Below, piece by piece: positions 24,606 through 32,000 of a DNA stretch of 32,000 bases. Numbering within the stretch: position 1 is the first letter of the stretch; each line of letters begins with the position of its first letter. The notes below the pieces were generated by a model. That model ran no database searches. It was not told the origin of the DNA and saw only the letters and a list, made by a program, of their open reading frames with translations. This stretch comes from Halogeometricum borinquense DSM 11551 (lineage in GTDB: Archaea; Halobacteriota; Halobacteria; Halobacteriales; Haloferacaceae), in NCBI RefSeq assembly GCF_000172995.2, contig NC_014729.1, positions 2,190,001-2,222,000 of the forward strand, written 5' to 3'. The translations under genes and the position numbers were made by a program.

Positions 24606-26351
24606 ATGCAGGTTAACGGACAGCTCGCACTGACGGTTCTCATGGGGGTCTTCCTCGTGGCCGTCGCCGCGTGGCTCGCGCGGATCGAAAACTGGCGCAC
24701 GTACTCCCCACTTGCGGGGGGTAGTGGTGCCTTCGGGCAGAAGGAGGGATACGTCTCCGAAGAGAAGCCATCCGGAGTTATTCGGTGGCTGACCACTGTT
24801 GATCACAAAGACATCGGGATTCTATACGGCGCGTACGCACTCATCGCGTTCGCCGTCGGTGGACTCATGGTCGTGGTGATGCGGGTAGAACTCGCCGACC
24901 CCGGGATGACGCTCATCTCGAACACGTTCTACAACTCGCTTCTCACCAGCCACGGAATCACGATGCTGTTCCTGTTCGGGACGCCGATTCTCGCGGCGTT
25001 CTCGAACTACTTCATCCCGTTACTCATCGACGCCGACGACATGGCGTTCCCGCGTATCAACGCCATTGCGTTCTGGCTGCTGCCGCCGGCGGCGTTGCTC
25101 ATCTGGGCGGGCTTCTTCCCGATCCCGGATGTCATCCCCGCACAGACTGCGTGGACGATGTACACGCCGCTCTCGGCCGGTGTCGGAAATGGGAATCAGG
25201 TTAATGCCGGTGTGGACCTGATGCTCCTCGGCCTGCACCTCTCGGGTGTCTCGGCCACGATGGGTGCGATTAATTTCATCGCCACCATCTTCTCCGAGCG
25301 TGCAGAGGAAGTCACGTGGGCGAACCTCGACATTTTCTCGTGGACCGTCCTCACCCAGTCAGGTCTCATCCTGTTCGCGTTCCCGCTTCTCGGCAGTGCG
25401 CTCCTGATGCTGCTGCTTGACCGGAACTTCGGCACGGCGTTCTTCGTTAACGGCGGCGACCCAATCCTCTGGCAACACCTGTTCTGGTTCTTCGGCCACC
25501 CCGAAGTGTACATCCTCGTGTTGCCTCCGATGGGTATCGTCAGCTACGTTCTGCCGCGGTTCTCGGGCCGTCGGCTGTTCGGATTCAAGTTCGTCGTGTA
25601 CTCCACGCTCGCTATCGGCGTGCTGTCGTTCGGTGTCTGGGCGCACCACATGTTCGCCACCGGCATCGATCCGCGTCTCCGTGCGTCGTTCATGGCAGTC
25701 TCGTTGGCAATCGCCATCCCGAGCGCCGTGAAGACGTTCAACTGGATTACGACGATGTGGAACGGTAATATTCGGTTGACGACGCCGATGCTGTACTGCA
25801 TCGGGTTCGTCTCGAACTTCATCATCGGCGGCGTCACCGGTGTGTTCCTCGCGTCTATTCCGGTGGACATCATCCTTCACGACACCTACTACGTCGTTGG
25901 TCACTTCCACTACATCGTCATGGGTGCGATCACCTTCGCCGGGTTCGCCGGAATCTACTACTGGTTCCCCATCTACACCGGCCGGATGTACCAGCGCACC
26001 CTCGGGAAAGCGCACTTCTGGCTCTCGATGATCGGGACCAACGTGACGTTCTTCGCCATGATTCTGCTCGGCTACGGCGGGATGCCGCGCCGGTACGCAA
26101 CGTACCTGCCCCAGTTCATCACGATGCACCAGATTGCGACGCTCGGGGCGCTCATCCTCCTGGTCGGTCAGATCATCTTCGTCTGGAACTTCGTCCAGTC
26201 GTGGCTCGAAGGGCCGAAAGTCGAAGACGGCGATCCGTGGAACCTCAAAGAAGAAGGCCTCTACACCGCTGAGTGGCAGTGGTACGACCGCAAGGTCAAG
26301 ACGGCCCTCGCAGACGGCGGTCACGAATCGGATTCCGAATCCGACTCGTGA
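24606..26351 (+). CDS. coxA: haem-copper oxidase (cytochrome c/quinol oxidase) subunit I
   Basis: TTVDHKDIGILYG, WFFGHPEVYILVLPPMG, VWAHHMF and HDTYYVVGHFHY are the canonical subunit I ligand motifs. 581 aa. Confidence 0.95.
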   Translation: MQVNGQLALTVLMGVFLVAVAAWLARIENWRTYSPLAGGSGAFGQKEGYVSEEKPSGVIRWLTTVDHKDIGILYGAYALIAFAVGGLMVVVMRVELADPGMTLISNTFYNSLLTSHGITMLFLFGTPILAAFSNYFIPLLIDADDMAFPRINAIAFWLLPPAALLIWAGFFPIPDVIPAQTAWTMYTPLSAGVGNGNQVNAGVDLMLLGLHLSGVSATMGAINFIATIFSERAEEVTWANLDIFSWTVLTQSGLILFAFPLLGSALLMLLLDRNFGTAFFVNGGDPILWQHLFWFFGHPEVYILVLPPMGIVSYVLPRFSGRRLFGFKFVVYSTLAIGVLSFGVWAHHMFATGIDPRLRASFMAVSLAIAIPSAVKTFNWITTMWNGNIRLTTPMLYCIGFVSNFIIGGVTGVFLASIPVDIILHDTYYVVGHFHYIVMGAITFAGFAGIYYWFPIYTGRMYQRTLGKAHFWLSMIGTNVTFFAMILLGYGGMPRRYATYLPQFITMHQIATLGALILLVGQIIFVWNFVQSWLEGPKVEDGDPWNLKEEGLYTAEWQWYDRKVKTALADGGHESDSESDS

Positions 26352-26359
26352 ACACACCG

Positions 26360-26376
26360 GAACGTCACAGACGTTC
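26360..26376 (+). terminator. 7-bp hairpin directly after the coxA stop; a T-run follows at 26455-26463
   Basis: GAACGTC-ACA-GACGTTC, 9 nt after the TGA. GGTTTCTTTTTGC lies about 80 nt further on. Confidence 0.3.
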
Positions 26377-26565
26377 TGGGGCTGGCGAGGAAGAAAAAGC
26401 CCTCACCGGGGGCAAAGTCGTTGACGCTGACGACGAGTAACTAATCGGTCGCGGTTTCTTTTTGCGCACGTTGTTCTGCGAGCGGGAGCTATCACCGGCA
26501 TCAACAGTCAGTAACGAAGAAAGCCGCCGCTCACGGGACAGAGAAGGCGAGTCGCCGCAGGTCAG

Positions 26566-26649
26566 TTAGATAGCGAGAAGGATCCCTGTCAGCGACATCA
26601 GTACTGCCACGGCGGCGAGGAGAAGACCGAGTAGGTCTTTGTCGGACAT
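26566..26649 (-). CDS. candidate 27-aa single-TM micropeptide
   Basis: Hand translation gives MSDKDLLGLLLAAVAVLMSLTGILLAI with a TAA stop. It sits in a 386-bp gap with no other plausible ORF. Too short for statistical support. Confidence 0.25.
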   Translation of the reverse strand: MSDKDLLGLLLAAVAVLMSLTGILLAI

Positions 26650-26737
26650 ATTTGAACCTTAGTCCCCACGGTCAAAGAGTCGTCGGTGCGGTCCCGAGAA
26701 CGGAACGGCTAACCGGGTGGCATACTGACCCGGAATC

Positions 26738-27031
26738 GTGAGCGAACGAACGGAAGACATCGATGACCACACCCAATCGGGAGGGCTTCGCGGTCCCCGT
26801 CTGGTCGCCATCTTGTACGTTGCCCTCGTCGCCGTCGCGGGACTTGCAGGCGTTCTCGTCGCCGTTTTTGTCGATGGGCTTCGCCCGCCACAGTTCCTGT
26901 TTCTCGTTCCGTTTCCACCGACACCACTCGGATTCGGGGCGTACGGAGCCTTGACGATTGCACTCGTGCTGGGAATTCCCTTAGCACTCGTCATCTACGT
27001 CTCACAGAACATCGACGAGAAAGCGACGTGA
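26738..27031 (+). CDS. hypothetical membrane protein (97 aa, GTG start)
   Basis: Acidic N-terminus, then two TM segments (LVAILYVALVAVAGLAGVLVAVFV; GAYGALTIALVLGIPLALVIYV). There is no in-frame ATG. Confidence 0.5.
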   Translation: MSERTEDIDDHTQSGGLRGPRLVAILYVALVAVAGLAGVLVAVFVDGLRPPQFLFLVPFPPTPLGFGAYGALTIALVLGIPLALVIYVSQNIDEKAT

Positions 27032-27157
27032 GTGCCGGCAGATCCAGCTAAACAGAGCGTATCGGAAACTCAATACTGCCGTTAACGGACAGTTCAGCCG
27101 TCGAATGTCGGCTCCGTCCCCCAAAAGACTAAGCTTTGTGCAACGACACGTGTGATT

Positions 27158-27553
27158 ATGTATCATGTAGTGATCGGTATCGACGACGAGGAAACACATG
27201 CCCATCGCTGCGTCGAAGCGGTTGTTAACCTCCCGGGTGACTTCGACGAAAAGAAGGTAACGCTCATCCACAGTTTCATCGACAACCCGAGCGGTGCGTC
27301 AGCGACGCAGGTACACTCCGTCCGCGAGGCAGGCGAGATGCTGGAAGAACACGGCATCGAGTACACCGTCGAGGAGTCGAGCGGTGACCCCGCCAACGCC
27401 ATCGTCTCGGTCGGAGACGAAACGGACGCGGATCTCATCGTCGTCGGCGGTCGGAAGCGGTCGCCCGCCGGAAAAGCCCTGTTCGGGAGCGTCACGCAGT
27501 CTGTGATTCTCGGGGCGACCCGACCCGTGATGGTCACCGGCGTCGAAGACTAG
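27158..27553 (+). CDS. universal stress protein (UspA family)
   Basis: YHVVIGIDD...A...V.....(H).....A..IV..G.E.DADLIVVGGRKRSPAGKALFGSVTQSVILGA.RPV.V is the Usp ATP-binding pattern. Confidence 0.85.
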   Translation: MYHVVIGIDDEETHAHRCVEAVVNLPGDFDEKKVTLIHSFIDNPSGASATQVHSVREAGEMLEEHGIEYTVEESSGDPANAIVSVGDETDADLIVVGGRKRSPAGKALFGSVTQSVILGATRPVMVTGVED

Positions 27554-27763
27554 GGAATTCGTCGTACGTTGCACGGTTGTGTCTGCAAGTTCGGCGAGCG
27601 GCGACAGTTCTGTCTGGTTCCGTATTTCGTTTTCACGGACTCGTTCCGTCGGTTCTCCCATCGTCTCTCGATTTTACCTCAGAGTCGAGTCTGCAAGCCA
27701 GTTCAGGCCAGTTTTATTGACGCAACCACGAACATGAAGTAGTGTGGAAGTATAACACACACC

Positions 27764-28519
27764 ATGGATCTTCGAGACGCGACAACTTCGGATATCAGAC
27801 AAATTCGGACCGTCGCAAACGAGTCGATGAAAGCGTCCTACAGACACGCCATCGACGAGGAGACTATCGAGGAAGCCGTTGAGGGATGGTACGGCGACGA
27901 CACGCTTTCGGAGTGGCTTACCGACGACGCTGTCGAATTCATCGTTGCCGTAGACGACGGCGACGTAGTCGGATTCGTCCAGTCGTACGTCTCGGAGGGA
28001 CGCGAGACAGTTGGCGAGATCGATTGGCTCCACGTGATTCCGGACCACCGCGGCGAGGGAATCGGGTCGCAACTGCTCAAGCGCGCCGAGCAAGAACTGA
28101 CCACCCGTGGCGTTGACCGTATCGAGGGGAGCGTGCTGGCGGACAACGAGGCTGGGGCGGACTTCTACGCCGAACAGGGCTTCGAGCGAACTGACGACCG
28201 GCGAATCGAAATCGGCGAGGAATCGTTCGAAGAACAGACGTACACGCAACGACTCGACGACGAAGGCGAACGCATCATCACCGAAGAGCGGACACTGGAT
28301 GACGGGAGAACGGTGTACATCGCGTACGACGACGCCGTTCGCGGATCGAAAGCACCCTTTTATGCGGTGTACATGAATCCGGAGGAAAATGAGCGCTACG
28401 GGTGGATGTGCGGCGAGGACCAGAGCTTCGATATCGCCATGGATACGATGGATCGAATCGAGTGTAACTCCTGCGGGAACAAGCGCAAGGCGGCCCGGTG
28501 GGACGCCGCGTATCTCTAA
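27764..28519 (+). CDS. GNAT family N-acetyltransferase with an extra C-terminal domain of about 85 aa
   Basis: The acetyl-CoA site pattern is L.V.PDHRGEGIGSQLL.RAE, followed by FY...GF. Residues from about 165 to 251 (RIITEERTLDDGRTVYIAYDD...YGWMCGEDQ...RIECNSCGNKRKAARWD) form a separate Cys-containing module. Confidence 0.85.
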   Translation: MDLRDATTSDIRQIRTVANESMKASYRHAIDEETIEEAVEGWYGDDTLSEWLTDDAVEFIVAVDDGDVVGFVQSYVSEGRETVGEIDWLHVIPDHRGEGIGSQLLKRAEQELTTRGVDRIEGSVLADNEAGADFYAEQGFERTDDRRIEIGEESFEEQTYTQRLDDEGERIITEERTLDDGRTVYIAYDDAVRGSKAPFYAVYMNPEENERYGWMCGEDQSFDIAMDTMDRIECNSCGNKRKAARWDAAYL

Positions 28520-30129
28520 CCCTGTCCGACCATCCGGTCTTCGTCCTCCCACTCTTTCTCGCGTAGTTCGTACTTCTGAATCTTCCCGGTGGCCGTCTTC
28601 GGCAGTTCGGTGACGAACTCGATCTCCTTGGGCACTTTGTACGTCGCAATGCGCTCTCGTGTGTACGCGATAAGGTCGTCGGCCGTCACGCCGGGGTCGT
28701 CGGCGTCGCCGTGCGCCGGGACGACGAACGCCTTCGGCGACTCGCCCCACTCCTCGGAGGGCATGGGAATGACAGCAACGTCACCGACGGCGTCGTGGTC
28801 GAACAGCGTGTCCTCCAGTTCAATACTGGAGATGTTCTCCCCACCGGAAATGATGATGTCCTTCTTGCGGTCTTGGATAGTGATAAAGCCGTTTTCGTCC
28901 ACGACGGCGAGGTCGCCCATATGATAGTAGCCCTCCAGACGGTCCGTGAACGCTTCGTCCGTCGCCTCGGGCTTGTTCCAGTAGCGGTCCATCACCTGAT
29001 TGCCGCGGACGACGATTTCACCGACCGTCTGCCCGTCGCGTGCGACATCTTCGCCATCCTCGTCAACGACGCGGACATCGGTGCCGAGGTAGCCGATTCC
29101 TTGCTGTTTTTTCACCGCGAACCGGTCGTCGCTGTCGTCGTCGAAGAAGCGCCGAGCGTCGGACGTTGTGATGAGCGGTCCAGTTTCCGTCGCGCCGTAG
29201 ACGTGCATGAGATACCAGCCGAACTCGTCTTCGACCGTCCGAATAGTTGCCTCGGGTGGTGCCGCACCCGCAGTGGCCGCGCGAACGGGCACGTCGCCCG
29301 TCGTCTCGACCCCGCCTTGCTTGTCGTAGTAGTCCATCAGCATGTTCAACACGGTCGGCGCGGCGCACATGTACGAGACGTGCTCTTCGCGCACGGTGTC
29401 GAATATCCATTCGGCGTCCACGCCGCGTGTACAGACGTGCTTTGCGCCGTTCCCCGTCACGGCGTAGATGTGGCCCCATCCGTTGACGTGGAACATCGGG
29501 AGCGTCCACAGATACACGTCGTCGTCGGAGATGTGCTGGTGGGACGTGATGAGGTAGGCATGAAGCGTCTCCGTTCGGTGTGTCCGGCAGACGCCCTTCG
29601 GGTCGCCTGTCGTTCCCGACGTGTAGTTGATAGTGATGAGTTCGTCTTCGGTCATCTCCGGGCGGTCGTAATCGGTCGATTCAGCGATGAGTTCGTCGAA
29701 CGAGAGCCAGTCTCCATCGACCTGCGCTGTGTCGTTGGTGACAAACGTCTCAGTCGGTACGTCGTCGCGTATCGCCTCAATCTTCTCGGCGTATTCGTAG
29801 TCGGCGTACACCGCTTTCACGTCGGCGTCGGTCAGGATGTACTCGTAATCGGCGGGGACGAGGCGGTAGTTCAACGGAGTGTGAACCGCGCCGAGTTGCA
29901 TCGTCCCGTACGCCGCTTCGAGATGGTAGTGGGTGTTCGGGTCCAACACCGCCACTCGGTCCCCTTTTTCGATGCCGTGAGCGGCGAGAGCCGCCGAAAA
30001 TCCGTCCGCTCGCTCCCCGAGTTCCTCGTACGTGTATCGGTCGCCGGTCGTCGCAACAACCGCCTCTTTGTCGCCATAGTATTGCCGTGCTCGGTCCAAA
30101 AAGTCCGTGACGAGCAGTGGTTTCTCCAT
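28516..30129 (-). CDS. AMP-forming acyl-CoA synthetase / fatty-acid--CoA ligase
   Basis: The AMP-binding motif is YTSGTTGDPKGV. GEI..RG..V...YW.. follows, then a hinge (D.GF..I.DR.KD.IISGGENISS.E.E) and a C-terminal PKTATGKIQK. Confidence 0.9.
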   Translation of the reverse strand: MEKPLLVTDFLDRARQYYGDKEAVVATTGDRYTYEELGERADGFSAALAAHGIEKGDRVAVLDPNTHYHLEAAYGTMQLGAVHTPLNYRLVPADYEYILTDADVKAVYADYEYAEKIEAIRDDVPTETFVTNDTAQVDGDWLSFDELIAESTDYDRPEMTEDELITINYTSGTTGDPKGVCRTHRTETLHAYLITSHQHISDDDVYLWTLPMFHVNGWGHIYAVTGNGAKHVCTRGVDAEWIFDTVREEHVSYMCAAPTVLNMLMDYYDKQGGVETTGDVPVRAATAGAAPPEATIRTVEDEFGWYLMHVYGATETGPLITTSDARRFFDDDSDDRFAVKKQQGIGYLGTDVRVVDEDGEDVARDGQTVGEIVVRGNQVMDRYWNKPEATDEAFTDRLEGYYHMGDLAVVDENGFITIQDRKKDIIISGGENISSIELEDTLFDHDAVGDVAVIPMPSEEWGESPKAFVVPAHGDADDPGVTADDLIAYTRERIATYKVPKEIEFVTELPKTATGKIQKYELREKEWEDEDRMVGQG

Positions 30130-30223
30130 CGTGTATTTACTTCACTAACGTCAATGATAAATTCGTGGGTCAGCGCAAACGTTCCCCACCGCTCTGGACA
30201 GCTATTACGGATATGGAGTAGAA

Positions 30224-30240
30224 CTGTTTACTCTAAACAG
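30224..30240. promoter_or_regulatory. perfect palindrome CTGTTTA-CTC-TAAACAG in an AT-rich divergent intergenic region
   Basis: Read directly. It lies 95 nt upstream of the acyl-CoA synthetase ATG (30129, minus) and 64 nt upstream of the ATG at 30304 (plus). Confidence 0.3.
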
Positions 30241-30303
30241 GAGTATATTCCAACATATTAAACGGAAGAAAGTAACTTTAGGACGTACGTCTAACAGTAA
30301 TCC

Positions 30304-30555
30304 ATGCCACTCTCAGAATATACCGGGCAATCGCCGCTGGGGAACGAGGACGCCACGGTGGTTCGTGTCGTCCCGCATCGACTGTGGCAACCCGGACAGA
30401 CGCGGACAGAAGCGTGTACGAACTGCGGTGAGGAACTAGTCCTTTCGGAAGAACACCTTCTCGTTGTCCTCGAAGAAAGAGGAACGCGGACGCGACGCTA
30501 CTTCAGTGAGGAGTCGTGCATCCGGGCATGGTTGGGCGAAGAAAAACAGGACTGA
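30304..30555 (+). CDS. small hypothetical protein (83 aa) with a CxxC motif
   Basis: MPLSEYTGQSPLGNEDATVVRVVPHRLWQPGQTRTEACTNCGEEL... has acidic, non-shadow-like composition. No family recognised. Confidence 0.4.
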   Translation: MPLSEYTGQSPLGNEDATVVRVVPHRLWQPGQTRTEACTNCGEELVLSEEHLLVVLEERGTRTRRYFSEESCIRAWLGEEKQD

Positions 30556-30630
30556 TGGAAACGGTGTTGCAACCGGGACGACCGCTCCGTCAGTAGGCCA
30601 TCCAGCGGTGAGGCGGCGGGCGATGCGATG

Positions 30631-32000
30631 TCAGTCGTTTTGGACCTTCGATTGAATCTCGGTGACGATTTCGGGATTTCGGAGGGTCGTGGTGTCGCCG
30701 AGTTCCTCGTCGTTCGCAATCTCTTCGAGCAGCCGGCGCATTATCTTGCCGGAGCGCGTCTTCGGCAGTTCAGGTGTGAAGACGACCTGTTCGGGTCGAG
30801 CGATAGGACCGATAGCGTCCTCGACCCCGGCGACGATTTTGTCGCGCATCTCGTCGGTTCCCTCGTAGCCGTCTTCGAGGATGACGTACGCGTAGACGGC
30901 TTCACCTTTCACCTCGTGGTCACCGCCGACGACTGCTGCCTCCGCGACGCCCTCGACGCCGACGATGGCCGATTCGATCTCCATCGTTCCGAGGCGGTGC
31001 CCGGAGACGTTTAGCACGTCGTCCACACGGCCGAGGATGGTGATGTAGCCGTCCTCGTCTATCTTCGCACCGTCCTCGGGGAAGTACACCCACTCGTCGG
31101 CGTCGGGGTCGGAGTACTCCTCCCAGTACTCGGAAATGAACCGCTCGTCGTTGTTGTACAGCGTGCGGAGCATCCCCGGCCACGGTTTGTTCACCGTGAG
31201 GTAGCCCGCCCGCCCGGCTTCGACTTCCTCGCCGCCGGGGTCTACGACACGGGCGTCGATACCGGGGAGGGGCGGCCCGGCGGATCCGGGCTTCATCGTC
31301 CCGATACCGGGGAGCGTCGTGACCATCATCCCGCCAGTCTCGGTCTGCCACCACGTGTCCACAACGGGACACTCCTCGTTACCGATGTGTTTGTAGTACC
31401 ACTTCCATGCGCGCGGGTTGATCGGTTCACCCACCGTACCGAGAAGGCGGAGCGACGACAGGTCGCGGCGTTCGGGGAACTCTGTGCCCCATTTCATGAA
31501 TGCACGAATTGCCGTCGGCGCGGTGTAGAACACGTCAACTGCGTACTTCTCGACGAGTTCCCACAGTCGGTCCCGTTCGGGGAAGTCAGGCGTTCCCTCG
31601 TACATCACCGTCGTTGTCCCCAGCGAGAGCGGGCCGTAGACGATATAGGAGTGTCCGGTAATCCAGCCGATGTCTGCCGAACACCAGTAGGTGTCCTCGG
31701 GCTTGATGTCGAGGACGGCGTGTGATGTCCACGACGTGTACGCGAGATAGCCACCGGTGGTGTGTTTCACTCCTTTGGGTTCGCCCGTCGTCCCCGAGGT
31801 GTACATGAGGAACAGCATATCCTCGGCGTCTCGCGCCACGGGTTCGACGCGTTCTCCGTCGTGTGTGTCCAGCAGGTCGTCCCAATCGTGCTGGTTGCCC
31901 TTCAAATCGTGGCCGAAGCCGTCGTCTCCGAGCCTATCGACGACGACGGTGGCATCGACGCCGTGATCTACGCCACCGAGACCATCATTTGCTTTCTCAA
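30631..32000 (-). CDS. acs: acetyl-CoA synthetase (AMP-forming), C-terminal two-thirds; the N-terminus lies beyond the right edge
   Basis: The sequence runs ...DAEDMLFLMYTSGTTGEPKGVKHTTGGYL...YWCSADIGWITGHSYIVYGPL..G.T...EG.P..P...R.W..VEKY.V..FYTAPTAIR...WWQTETGG...GR.DDV.NVSGHR.GT.E.ESA...PKTRSGKIMRR. The frame stays open upstream of the TTG at 31905 through to position 32000. Confidence 0.9.
   Translation of the reverse strand, partial: EKANDGLGGVDHGVDATVVVDRLGDDGFGHDLKGNQHDWDDLLDTHDGERVEPVARDAEDMLFLMYTSGTTGEPKGVKHTTGGYLAYTSWTSHAVLDIKPEDTYWCSADIGWITGHSYIVYGPLSLGTTTVMYEGTPDFPERDRLWELVEKYAVDVFYTAPTAIRAFMKWGTEFPERRDLSSLRLLGTVGEPINPRAWKWYYKHIGNEECPVVDTWWQTETGGMMVTTLPGIGTMKPGSAGPPLPGIDARVVDPGGEEVEAGRAGYLTVNKPWPGMLRTLYNNDERFISEYWEEYSDPDADEWVYFPEDGAKIDEDGYITILGRVDDVLNVSGHRLGTMEIESAIVGVEGVAEAAVVGGDHEVKGEAVYAYVILEDGYEGTDEMRDKIVAGVEDAIGPIARPEQVVFTPELPKTRSGKIMRRLLEEIANDEELGDTTTLRNPEIVTEIQSKVQND

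Noticed and set aside
27674-30261. Long ORFs 27674-28750 (minus, 358 aa) and 28711-30261 (plus, 516 aa)
   Set aside because: Both are antisense to well-supported genes (the GNAT and the acyl-CoA synthetase). Their Arg/Val/Gly/His-rich composition is non-haloarchaeal. The real proteome here is acidic.

Overview
GC-rich window with a strongly acidic predicted proteome, a Zn-ribbon TFB, PGF-CTERM proteins and an archaeosortase. It reads as a chromosomal segment of a haloarchaeon (class Halobacteria). All family assignments come from reading the translated ORFs and recognising motifs; no searches were run. Most of the window is ordinary housekeeping. Left to right: a PUA-domain RNA-binding protein, a presenilin/signal-peptide-peptidase homologue, a gar1-srp19 operon, and a BtuFCD-like ABC importer whose binding protein is PGF-CTERM anchored. 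Then come TFB, mobA with a YqeC-like P-loop protein, Trm5, tRNA-Thr(CGU), a frameshifted Tat-lipoprotein beta-propeller, and diphthine synthase. Archaeosortase A sits directly downstream of a 893-aa S-layer-type PGF-CTERM glycoprotein. After that come a tandem VOC/glyoxalase protein, a MATE exporter, a DRG GTPase, a haem-copper oxidase subunit I with small membrane proteins, UspA, a GNAT acetyltransferase, an acyl-CoA synthetase and a truncated acetyl-CoA synthetase. The one clearly accessory part is a TnpB-only IS200/IS605-type element at about 19.94-21.62 kb, bounded by two near-identical CCCAC..TGAA..GTGGG stem-loops. It has three unusual properties. (1) A 47-codon ribbon-helix-helix-like ORF is transcribed divergently from tnpB in the position where tnpA normally sits. 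(2) A 54-bp in-frame, AT-richer insertion in tnpB is flanked by 8-bp direct repeats and built from two perfect hairpins. (3) Gly occupies the canonical RuvC-II Glu position. The element also appears to separate, or interrupt, two host membrane/secreted ORFs. I see no CRISPR array, no rRNA and no recognisable defence island. The findings are mostly modest, and the IS-associated ones are the best candidates for something undescribed.
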